Positions 55,922-64,000 of a stretch of DNA of 64,000 nucleotides are shown here, in pieces. A model generated the notes under the pieces. It ran no database searches and was not told the origin of the DNA. It saw only the letters and a program-made list of their open reading frames with translations. Source of the stretch: a virus; IMG/VR virus record IMGVR_UViG_3300023444_000001, positions 1 to 64,000 of that record, one strand, 5' to 3'. Both the position numbers and the translations under genes were made by a program. Position 1 is the stretch's first letter; every line of letters begins with the position of its first letter.

Positions 55922-57211
55922 TCAAAGAGGCAAAAATTCACTTCTTTCTTCTCTACTTTCAATTTCTCCAAGAGTATTAGGATTGTCCAAATCCCACCTT
56001 ATAGTATAATTTCTTCTATCTGATCTTTCTCTGATTTTCAAAAATTTGATTCCTTGAACCTTCTCCTCATTCATTTCTTCAGTATGCCAAATAGAAAATA
56101 CAACGTCAGAATCCTGGCTAATTGCATAAGCAAGACCAACTTCATCAAGAGACCCCGATCCTTGAACTCCTCTTTGAAATTGCCATGAGGCTATAACAGG
56201 TACTCTAAATTTTCTTGCAACAAGTAAATGCAATCCTCTTGAGACCTCTGAAACCGATTCCCACCCAGTTTCTGCAATCAAATATGCACCGTCAATCAAA
56301 AGTATTTCTGGCCTATATTGTTCAACTTTTTGAATAACTGCTGTTAAACTAACTTGATCTTCTATTTGAGTAATAACAAACAACTCTTTGTCCCTGAAAC
56401 TTTCCATTGAAATTTTAAGTCTATTCCATTCCTCTTCATCAAGTGCTCCTTCAGTTATTTTTTCATAACTAATTCCTGCACTAATAGAATCAATTCTTCT
56501 TGCAAGTATTCTTGAAGGCATTTCCATTGAGATCATCAAAACTCTTAATCCCAATTCTCTTAACTTTGACGCAATTAAACACATAAGCCAAGTTTTTCCA
56601 ACCTTTGGTTTTCCATATAAAGAAATAACTTCTTCTCTATGAAACCCTAAAACACTTTCATCTAAAAATTCTATCCCCGTAGGTATATCAATTCCTTTTG
56701 TAACCTTCAAATCTAAATAGGACTTAAATCGACTTTCAACATTTTTTCTTAAATCAATATCTTTTGTCTTCCTGCTAACAATATACAAAGAAGAAACTGA
56801 CTTTTCTGCTATTTTAGATGCGTTTTCAATATTATCCTCTTTTAACGACTCTGCACAATTTACAAGCATATTGCTCAATATGTTCTTTTGTTTTCTAAAC
56901 CTTAATTGTTCAATCCAATATTCAACAGGCTCTTTTCCAACATTTATCAATTCAAATCCAGGAAAATTTTTCTGAACAGTTTCTAAATCCGGAACTGTTC
57001 CAAATTTTGCTTTATGTCTTTCAAGAAACCTGAAAACCTTTTTTTCTAAATTTTCAAATAATTCCAATCCAATTTCATTATCTACTACAGGGCGCCAATC
57101 TTTTGAAACTATTATTTCACTTACGAAAGACATTCCAACACTCATTTGTATTTTCCTTTCATGTTTCCAAAATTTCGCTTTCAAGTCCTTCTTCAAAATA
57201 ACTTGATTCAA
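55922..57211 (-). CDS. dnaB: DnaB-like replicative helicase
   Basis: GKPKVGKT, SMEM, ID, Q, QDSD, KIR; true start probably MSVGMS. Confidence 0.9.
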   Translation of the reverse strand: MNQVILKKDLKAKFWKHERKIQMSVGMSFVSEIIVSKDWRPVVDNEIGLELFENLEKKVFRFLERHKAKFGTVPDLETVQKNFPGFELINVGKEPVEYWIEQLRFRKQKNILSNMLVNCAESLKEDNIENASKIAEKSVSSLYIVSRKTKDIDLRKNVESRFKSYLDLKVTKGIDIPTGIEFLDESVLGFHREEVISLYGKPKVGKTWLMCLIASKLRELGLRVLMISMEMPSRILARRIDSISAGISYEKITEGALDEEEWNRLKISMESFRDKELFVITQIEDQVSLTAVIQKVEQYRPEILLIDGAYLIAETGWESVSEVSRGLHLLVARKFRVPVIASWQFQRGVQGSGSLDEVGLAYAISQDSDVVFSIWHTEEMNEEKVQGIKFLKIRERSDRRNYTIRWDLDNPNTLGEIESREERSEFLPL

Positions 57212-58133
57212 TTAAATGAAGAAATTTTTGAGCCAATAACCTATATCTCAATATTTGAACTAAAGATACATGAGATATTCTTGGCCCAGGTCTAAATTCT
57301 CCTTTAGGACCTTCTTCTGAAATCATACGTAAAATAACTCCTATATATTCTCCTTCAGATTTAATTTCGTTATCAAATTTATTCATTAAAAACTCTGGTA
57401 TTAAAATAACTCTTCCAGCGTTCATAATTGTAATTTTATCTACAAACAATTTAGATAAAACAGATACAATGTTATTTCTCTTAAAACTGTCTAATTCCTC
57501 TGAGAACATCTCAATCATACTATCAAACATTTCTCTAAATTTAATCATAGATTGAAGATGACTTATACTTTTACCTTTAGATATAAATTGCCATTCTTCA
57601 TCAAGTAAAACTACCGGAATAATTCTCAATCCTTGAAACACCTCATTTGGTATTTCTGGAACAATAAATCCCAATCCATATTCACTATTTTTTTCTAAAC
57701 TCGACTTTCCATATTTTGCAAACTGATAGATTACAAAATTCAAATTTTCCTCTCTATAATATAAAGAAGGCTTGAACCCATCAAATCTATACATCCAATC
57801 CACAACATTTGAAAAATCTACTGGAGTGTAAACACTTGAGGTAACACTCCTAACCAACCCTTCGTAGGTTCTAAATAATATTGGAGTTAATTCTAATTCT
57901 CTTAATTTTCCCTTCATTTCACTCTCAGAACCCACCAATTTTTCAAATGCTTCCCACCCTTTCTTTGTGAATAAATATTTTTCTCCATTATAGATTAAAC
58001 TTTTAGAACCAGATTCTATTTTTATTCTGAAATCCTTCGGTTTAAGAAAAAAGTCTTTTGTTTTCTTCTTTTGTATCCTTGCTTCCTCATATATCTTTTT
58101 TTCTATTTTCAAAAACATGGCTTTATTCTCCAA
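57159..58133 (-). CDS. Hypothetical protein
   Basis: 324 aa ORF between loader and helicase. Confidence 0.65.
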   Translation of the reverse strand: MENKAMFLKIEKKIYEEARIQKKKTKDFFLKPKDFRIKIESGSKSLIYNGEKYLFTKKGWEAFEKLVGSESEMKGKLRELELTPILFRTYEGLVRSVTSSVYTPVDFSNVVDWMYRFDGFKPSLYYREENLNFVIYQFAKYGKSSLEKNSEYGLGFIVPEIPNEVFQGLRIIPVVLLDEEWQFISKGKSISHLQSMIKFREMFDSMIEMFSEELDSFKRNNIVSVLSKLFVDKITIMNAGRVILIPEFLMNKFDNEIKSEGEYIGVILRMISEEGPKGEFRPGPRISHVSLVQILRYRLLAQKFLHLIESSYFEEGLESEILET

Positions 58134-58277
58134 ATCTAAGTCTTGAGTTTGTAGTTTGTAAATCTCTTGTTTTAATTCTTAAAATAACGAGGTATATCAA
58201 GAGTTCTCCCACTCAGTAGTGGTAAAGTATGAAAAAATATAATCGTCCATTACAACGCATCTATGAAGGTTTTAACC

Positions 58278-58922
58278 TTAATCAGAATCCTCCTTGAAAA
58301 GAATATCTTTCACTCTCTTTTGCTCTACTGTCTTTCTAAAATCGGAACCTCTAACTTTAACTCCATAAATACAACCGGCTAATAATGAAACTACGCTCTC
58401 TCCATAATTGCTCTTTATCTCTATTGGCTCTTTATTGCTTGTAAACAATGTTGGCAATTTCCTATACACTCTATATCGCAATAAATTATCAAATACAGCC
58501 TCTGTAAGCCCAGACCTTCCCCGAAATTCTTTTCCAATATCATCAATTCCAAGCAAATGTACATTTCTTATCTGTTTATGCCATTTTCTCTTTTCAACTT
58601 CACTCCACCAACTTCCAGCAAAGACATCTACAATCCCTGATAATGAAGCAAATTGAACAGAATACTTTTTCCGTTGGAACAGTATCTCTTTCATTACTCC
58701 TATCATTAAATAAGTCTTTCCCACTCCAGTATTTCCCAAATAATAAAGCCCAATTCCTTCTTCAAACATCTCGTCAAACTTATCAACATACTTCAAAGAA
58801 ATCTCTAAAGCCTTTTTATCTCCTTTGAAATCTTTTAATTCTAAATCCCAAAATTTCTCTAATATTCCTGCATGAAGCATTTTTTCCACCCGAACATTCT
58901 TTTTAGAATCTGATCGAGTCAC
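58278..58922 (-). CDS. DnaC/IstB-like helicase loader ATPase
   Basis: GNTGVGKT, IDDIGKE, TSN, G-x-DFR. Confidence 0.88.
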   Translation of the reverse strand: MTRSDSKKNVRVEKMLHAGILEKFWDLELKDFKGDKKALEISLKYVDKFDEMFEEGIGLYYLGNTGVGKTYLMIGVMKEILFQRKKYSVQFASLSGIVDVFAGSWWSEVEKRKWHKQIRNVHLLGIDDIGKEFRGRSGLTEAVFDNLLRYRVYRKLPTLFTSNKEPIEIKSNYGESVVSLLAGCIYGVKVRGSDFRKTVEQKRVKDILFKEDSD

Positions 58923-59400
58923 TATCTTCTTCCTCCTGATTTATTCTATCATTCATAATAAACCCTATCTTAGAAATTATACTCCTTCTAAACCCATATA
59001 AAACCGGAATGGAAGGAGAATCCACTTTAATAACTCTATAATTGTTCATTAGAAAGTCTATCATTTTTACTACTCCGGATGGAGTATAAGTATCAACCAA
59101 CTTTTTTAACAAACCATATTCTTTACCACTAATTTTTCCATAGGGAACTTTGAACTTTATGCTAAACTTTGAGGAAAAATATTTTCCAATATCTTTCACA
59201 TTCAAAATATTTGTATCCTTTAATACATTCCCAATAAAAACACCTTCGACTTTATTCTCATTTTTTTCTTGATTTATTCTTCTTACTATATTTGAACAGA
59301 AAATCCATAGAGCCCTATCTCCCATATCAGAAAAATTTTTCCTTTTCAGTTTATCTACTAAATACTGAATTTTTTCTTCTTCAGTCATTTTTAATCTCAT
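58903..59400 (-). CDS. Hypothetical protein (replication-initiator-like position)
   Basis: Directly upstream of the DnaC-like gene. Confidence 0.55.
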   Translation of the reverse strand: MRLKMTEEEKIQYLVDKLKRKNFSDMGDRALWIFCSNIVRRINQEKNENKVEGVFIGNVLKDTNILNVKDIGKYFSSKFSIKFKVPYGKISGKEYGLLKKLVDTYTPSGVVKMIDFLMNNYRVIKVDSPSIPVLYGFRRSIISKIGFIMNDRINQEEEDSDSIRF

Positions 59401-59803
59401 CTAATATCTTATACAGACTCTTCAACATTTCACTTTCTCTTTTACTTTCAAATTTTCTGTTTTTAGATTTTAATTCTCTTGCTTTCAAGGAAATTTCATC
59501 TAAATCAGAATGTTCAATCTTTGATTTTACAATAGATTTGACTTTGATTTTTTCTATCATTTTTCTTATTTCTTTCTCTGATACCCATTGAGGTAAAGAA
59601 AACTCCTCGCAGGATTCTAAAGAAGAAACATTTTTTCCAAGAATACATTCCATATCTCCCTTTTGTAAATTCTTTGAAGAATCACTTTCAAATCCATATT
59701 CTCCTACAATTCTTGAGTGTTCACAATAACAGCATTCTTCATTTACAACAGATTTTCCCCATTCTTCTAAAAATTTGTCTTTTGAAATCTTTTTCTTCTT
59801 CAT
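59381..59803 (-). CDS. Hypothetical Cys-rich protein
   Basis: CCYCEH...C...C. Confidence 0.55.
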   Translation of the reverse strand: MKKKKISKDKFLEEWGKSVVNEECCYCEHSRIVGEYGFESDSSKNLQKGDMECILGKNVSSLESCEEFSLPQWVSEKEIRKMIEKIKVKSIVKSKIEHSDLDEISLKARELKSKNRKFESKRESEMLKSLYKILDEIKND

Positions 59804-59812
59804 AAGAAACTC

Positions 59813-60175
59813 TCACTTTTTTGAAGAAAGAACCTCTGAAGCCTGTTCACCTAACTCTTCTTCTACAACACTCCATGCCTTCTGAAACGTTTTCTTAGCA
59901 TTCTTTATATCTTCTTTACTTGGATTAAGAGGTAATGTAAGTCCTGCTTCTATCCTTGCAGATTCATAATTTCCCAAGTTTAACGTAACAGAAGAACTTA
60001 CACTTACACTTCCAGAACTTTTCAGTATTGGAAGCAAACGATCAATAACTTTTTCTGAAACAGATTCTGCTGTAATTTTTTCCTCTGTCATTTTTTTTCT
60101 CCTTTTAATCTTCTGCAAATAATTCCCAAACTTCCTTCTTAAATTCTTCCGGAAGAGAAACACCCTGCTTGACAT
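59813..60175 (-). CDS. Conserved phage hypothetical protein
   Basis: TLNLGNYESARIE motif; real start probably MTEEK. Confidence 0.6.
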   Translation of the reverse strand: MSSRVFLFRKNLRRKFGNYLQKIKRRKKMTEEKITAESVSEKVIDRLLPILKSSGSVSVSSSVTLNLGNYESARIEAGLTLPLNPSKEDIKNAKKTFQKAWSVVEEELGEQASEVLSSKK

Positions 60176-60386
60176 ACTTCTTAACTAACTCAGCAAGACC
60201 TTTAGCCTGTTTTTCCGTATACCACCTCCATCCCTTATCATCTCTAATTGTAGCCGGGGGAATAATTCTTTCCTTTTCCCACTTTCGTATTGTCTGTGAT
60301 CCTCTCTTGCACAAAGTAGCCACTTCTTTTACACTATACAGCATAACAAGATTAGATTCTCCTTCTATTCTAAAAGGTTTTGGCAT
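60105..60386 (-). CDS. MerR-like HTH DNA-binding protein
   Basis: YSVKEVA...TIRKWE...IIP...GWRWYT. Confidence 0.82.
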   Translation of the reverse strand: MPKPFRIEGESNLVMLYSVKEVATLCKRGSQTIRKWEKERIIPPATIRDDKGWRWYTEKQAKGLAELVKKYVKQGVSLPEEFKKEVWELFAED

Positions 60387-60387
60387 T

Positions 60388-60813
60388 TTAATCCCTCCTT
60401 ATTTCCTTACTTTGTTCTTGCTTCTTAATACTCAAAACTTCAATAAGTTTTTCCTTCAATAAAGCCTCTATCTCTTCTTTTGTTATTTTTCCATTATTAA
60501 ACTCCATTTCAAATCCTTTTTCAATCAATGTTGGAACTTTTCTAACACAGGATTTCCTAATTTCAGGATGTATCTCAACTAATGACCATCCAAATGATTC
60601 ATCTAAAGTAATCATTCTTCTAATCTGTCTCTGAAGTTTCATTCCCTCTCCAAATAAAGTGATAGTCTCATTATTATCTCCTCCATTTTTCTTAATCCAT
60701 TCAAGAATCCCCTTTTTTAAGACTTTAAGTTTTAACTCCAAATCTTCTTTTGCATTTTTTAGAAGAAGATATTGCTCCGCCATTTTCCATAAAGTGCTTT
60801 CATCTTGTTTCAT
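60388..60813 (-). CDS. Hypothetical coiled-coil protein
   Basis: 141 aa; AAAGGAG RBS. Confidence 0.6.
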   Translation of the reverse strand: MKQDESTLWKMAEQYLLLKNAKEDLELKLKVLKKGILEWIKKNGGDNNETITLFGEGMKLQRQIRRMITLDESFGWSLVEIHPEIRKSCVRKVPTLIEKGFEMEFNNGKITKEEIEALLKEKLIEVLSIKKQEQSKEIRRD

Positions 60814-60827
60814 TTTACTTCTCCTTT

Positions 60828-62183
60828 CTAAATCTTAAAATCCTTGACAGAATAACCAAGTTTCTCATATAAAAACTTTCTCTTTCGAGCCATCCCAAGA
60901 GTAATTAACATATTTGAATCTACAATATCAATAATAACAGGAAATTTTTTCCCCTTAAATTTACGCTGTATTCTTCCAGTTGCTTGAATTAACCCCAACT
61001 TGTTTCCAATAGGAGTAGTCAAAACAAGTGTATCAAGTCTTGGAATATCTAATGCTTCCTTTACCATTTGAACTGTGGCCAAAATAATACTTCCCTTTTC
61101 CTCCAATTTTTGCCTATCTTCTCTTGAAGTTTCTCCGATATAAAGTCCAATTTTTCCTCTAATAGTACCTTCAAGTTTTTCTTTCAAATATTTCAAATGT
61201 TTTACCCGATGAGACAGAACTAACACAGTTCTTCCAACCCTATTTATTTCAATAATTTTATCTATAATCAATTCATTTCTTTTTCTATCCTTAGATAAAG
61301 TTGTTATCAACATTCCTAAATCAAGTTTATTTCTCCAAGAAGAAAATGCTTTATAATAAGGAACTTTTGTATTAATCTTGATCTGAAAAACCTTTGTATT
61401 CTTAAATTTCTCTTCTTTTCTATAAACAATAGAACCTATACCATATATGAAAATTTTTTCTAATCCATCAGTTCTTTTATCTGTTGCAGTCAATCCAACC
61501 CGTAATTTTCCAGGGAATTTTCTTATAACTTTACTCCACTGCTCTGAACCTAACCTATGAACTTCATCGGAAATAACAAGCCCAAATTCTCGAAAAATTC
61601 TTTCCTGCCGAAGAAGTGATTGAATCATTCCTATCACTATAGGCTTATCTAAATCAAAATATCCATTTCCAATTTTTCCTACTTCAACTCCAAGAAAATT
61701 TTCAATTCGATTTGCCCACTGATCCATCAAAAAGTTTTTATGGACTAAAATCAATGCTTTGACTCCACACCGTCTAATCATTTCAATTCCAACAACAGTT
61801 TTCCCAGACCCTGCAGGCATTACAATAATCCCACCTTGATTTTTCTCTAATTGTTCAACTGCATCATTCTGATCTTTATAAAGTGGTTTTAACAATTTTG
61901 CAGGGAAAGAAACTTTTTCTCCTTTTGCTCTTTCATCTATTGTTACAAATTCATCTATATACCCTTCAATCGGAAATTCTCTTGGAATTTCAATTGTATT
62001 TTCAGAATCTATAATCTTATAGTAAAATAAATACTCAGAGATTCCCTTCAAAGAAAATCCCATATTTTTCAACTGTACATACTTTGGATTCTTGAACATT
62101 AAAGCATTTTTTATTTTATCAAGAATTAGCATATTATTACAACCACTTAATACTAAACTATGATTTTTACGAACATAAATCAT
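60828..62183 (-). CDS. SF2 DEAD/H helicase (UvsW/ResIII-like)
   Basis: PAGSGKT, DEVH, TAT, LDIP, QATGRIQR. Confidence 0.9.
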   Translation of the reverse strand: MIYVRKNHSLVLSGCNNMLILDKIKNALMFKNPKYVQLKNMGFSLKGISEYLFYYKIIDSENTIEIPREFPIEGYIDEFVTIDERAKGEKVSFPAKLLKPLYKDQNDAVEQLEKNQGGIIVMPAGSGKTVVGIEMIRRCGVKALILVHKNFLMDQWANRIENFLGVEVGKIGNGYFDLDKPIVIGMIQSLLRQERIFREFGLVISDEVHRLGSEQWSKVIRKFPGKLRVGLTATDKRTDGLEKIFIYGIGSIVYRKEEKFKNTKVFQIKINTKVPYYKAFSSWRNKLDLGMLITTLSKDRKRNELIIDKIIEINRVGRTVLVLSHRVKHLKYLKEKLEGTIRGKIGLYIGETSREDRQKLEEKGSIILATVQMVKEALDIPRLDTLVLTTPIGNKLGLIQATGRIQRKFKGKKFPVIIDIVDSNMLITLGMARKRKFLYEKLGYSVKDFKI

Positions 62184-62192
62184 AATATTCTC

Positions 62193-64000
62193 CTATATTT
62201 CCTTTATTTTTTCTTTCATAACCTTTCTAATCAAATTAGCCAATTTACTTGGTAATTCAGAAACATTCTCAATGCATAAATTCTTTGAATATAAGTTACT
62301 CCTATTATTTCTCCTTTTATAATAACCCGACGAATCTCTAATCCTAATCCCAAAAACTGGAATCTCCTTTTCTACTTTCTTAATAACATTAGCAGTATGA
62401 GTTATTGCACTACGGAAACTATAATTACGTGCCAAAGGTTCTCCATCACTTATCACGAAAAGCCATTTATTGGGATTTTTACAATTCTTCTTAAAATCTT
62501 TTACTACCATTTCAATAGCGACTCCATCTCGATTATTTCCAGCCACATCGGCTAAAAATCCCAAACTTTCTTTCTTTGCTTTTGGAGAATAAAATCTTAT
62601 CACATTTGTAGAAGTAGCAAGCGGAGAAAAACGTCCATCATCACCTAAATCTGCTTTATGTCCATATACGAAAAATTCAATTCCAAGTCTTAAAAATACT
62701 TCAGTCAAAAGAATTGCAGTATGTTTTGCCATAGTTGCTTTTAATCCAAACATACTACCTGACATATCAACTAAAATAGCAATAGCCGGAGTTAAAATTT
62801 TACCTTCAACCTTTCTATAATAAAGATTGTCATTATCACTTCTTACTAAATACAATTTTCTTCGATCTAATTTTCCATTTTTTAATCCTGCAACTGTTCT
62901 TCCCTTTTTCTTTCGAGTAAAATTAAAGATTTTAACCATTTTTGAAATATTAGGCCCTATTTCTCTTAAAGATTCAGAATAAGAATCTAATGATACATTA
63001 GATTCAACTTCAAATTCTTCTTTCCCAAATTTCCCTTCAATTCTTTCAAATGATCTTTCTTCAAGTCTTTTAATCTCTCTAACTGTTTCGGTTTTCAATT
63101 CCTTATATGTATTAGCCTTCTCGGTTATTATACCTATAATAATTTCTATACTTTTTTCTAACTGCAAATCTTTGTCTTCATCATCAACTTTATCTTTATT
63201 TCCTTCCTTACTATCAGAAATATTTTTAGAATCTGATTCTCCTTTATTATTCTTTCTTATTCTTATTCTACCTTTCTTATTCTTATCATCAATAGAAGAA
63301 TGTTCCTCCAATTTTTTTTCAACTTTTAATCCCAATTTTCCTTTTCCTTTACCTCTTCCTTTAATTTCTACAGTTTTAGGATTTATTTTACTTTTATCCC
63401 AACACTTTTCAAATTCCTTATAAATCTTAACAGTCAAAGATTTTACTTCTTCTGATTCAGTAGGAAATGGAGTAATTAATTCTATTGCCTTTTTTATTTC
63501 TTCATTCCACTTTTTCATAACTTCTTTATCTATCAAATGAGGATATCGAACTAATTTTGCCCAAGTACTTATCCAAGATGATTTTATTATATCTTCTACA
63601 GAAAGTCTTTTTTTCTTCAAAAATGTCTTAAATTCTTTACAATACTCTTTTATAATTTCTTCCATTCTTTCACTCATCATGTATTCAGCAACTTTTTCTA
63701 TATACCCTATATATCCGGGGGCATAATTTTTCAACTTTGCTTCAATTCTTTCATCTTCAAGAATATTCCATATAAACTTAAGTCTATTGCATATATCTGA
63801 ATCTGAAATATCAATCCCTTCTGATTTAGCATAATCAAAAACTTCTTTAATTATTTCTACCGGAGTTTCTATTAGATGAAGTAATTCGTGCAAAGTTATC
63901 CCGATTACTATATCTGTCTTTTCCCCGATAGACATTTTATTACAGGATTTACTTTCAAACATTGAACAATCAACAAAGATTTGCTTTTTCTTCAAATCAC
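62193..64000 (-). CDS. CobT-like protein with an HExxH motif and a C-terminal VWA domain (5' end outside the window)
   Basis: HELLH, N-x-x-EDERIE, MIDAS DMSGSM, ISDGEP. Confidence 0.82.
   Translation of the reverse strand, partial: DLKKKQIFVDCSMFESKSCNKMSIGEKTDIVIGITLHELLHLIETPVEIIKEVFDYAKSEGIDISDSDICNRLKFIWNILEDERIEAKLKNYAPGYIGYIEKVAEYMMSERMEEIIKEYCKEFKTFLKKKRLSVEDIIKSSWISTWAKLVRYPHLIDKEVMKKWNEEIKKAIELITPFPTESEEVKSLTVKIYKEFEKCWDKSKINPKTVEIKGRGKGKGKLGLKVEKKLEEHSSIDDKNKKGRIRIRKNNKGESDSKNISDSKEGNKDKVDDEDKDLQLEKSIEIIIGIITEKANTYKELKTETVREIKRLEERSFERIEGKFGKEEFEVESNVSLDSYSESLREIGPNISKMVKIFNFTRKKKGRTVAGLKNGKLDRRKLYLVRSDNDNLYYRKVEGKILTPAIAILVDMSGSMFGLKATMAKHTAILLTEVFLRLGIEFFVYGHKADLGDDGRFSPLATSTNVIRFYSPKAKKESLGFLADVAGNNRDGVAIEMVVKDFKKNCKNPNKWLFVISDGEPLARNYSFRSAITHTANVIKKVEKEIPVFGIRIRDSSGYYKRRNNRSNLYSKNLCIENVSELPSKLANLIRKVMKEKIKEI

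Noticed and set aside
753-63423. The other plus-strand ORFs in the track
   Set aside because: Nearly all overlap well-supported minus-strand genes, have Phe/Ser/Leu-rich antisense composition and show no recognisable motifs.
1-64000. Stop-codon recoding, inteins/introns, tRNAs, integrase
   Set aside because: Genes tile densely under the standard code with all three stops used, core genes have normal lengths, and I saw no tRNA or integrase motifs. This was by eye only, so a tRNAscan run is still advisable.

Overview
This 64 kb window is a segment of a large, AT-rich tailed phage genome. The tail sheath gene indicates a contractile tail. Essentially every real gene is on the minus strand. In transcription order (right to left) the modules are: (1) replication and recombination: CobT-like VWA protein, SF2 helicase, DnaC-like loader, DnaB, primase, PolA, SSB, a bacterial-type histone, RecA, ligase and a Cas4-like nuclease; (2) a 7-deazaguanine DNA-modification cluster (QueD, QueE, FolE, QueC, DpdA-like) interleaved with two glycosyltransferases, a radical SAM enzyme, two methyltransferases and a PIG-L deacetylase; (3) a ~0.9 kb non-coding gap; (4) small early-type genes behind a repeated sigma70-like promoter, including a duplicated gene and a solitary type I-C CRISPR repeat with no cas operon; (5) RuvC, a GT2-TPR, terminase, portal and a MuF-SNF2 helicase fusion; (6) a cohesin / dockerin-LamG / giant secreted FN3-CBM protein cassette; (7) scaffold, major capsid, lysis, neck and tail genes. 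The strongest candidates for new biology are a sugar- or methyl-extended deazaguanine hypermodification pathway, the phage cohesin-dockerin cassette, the CRISPR-repeat RNA, the MuF-SNF2 fusion and the histone. All calls come from reading motifs by eye; no database searches were run.
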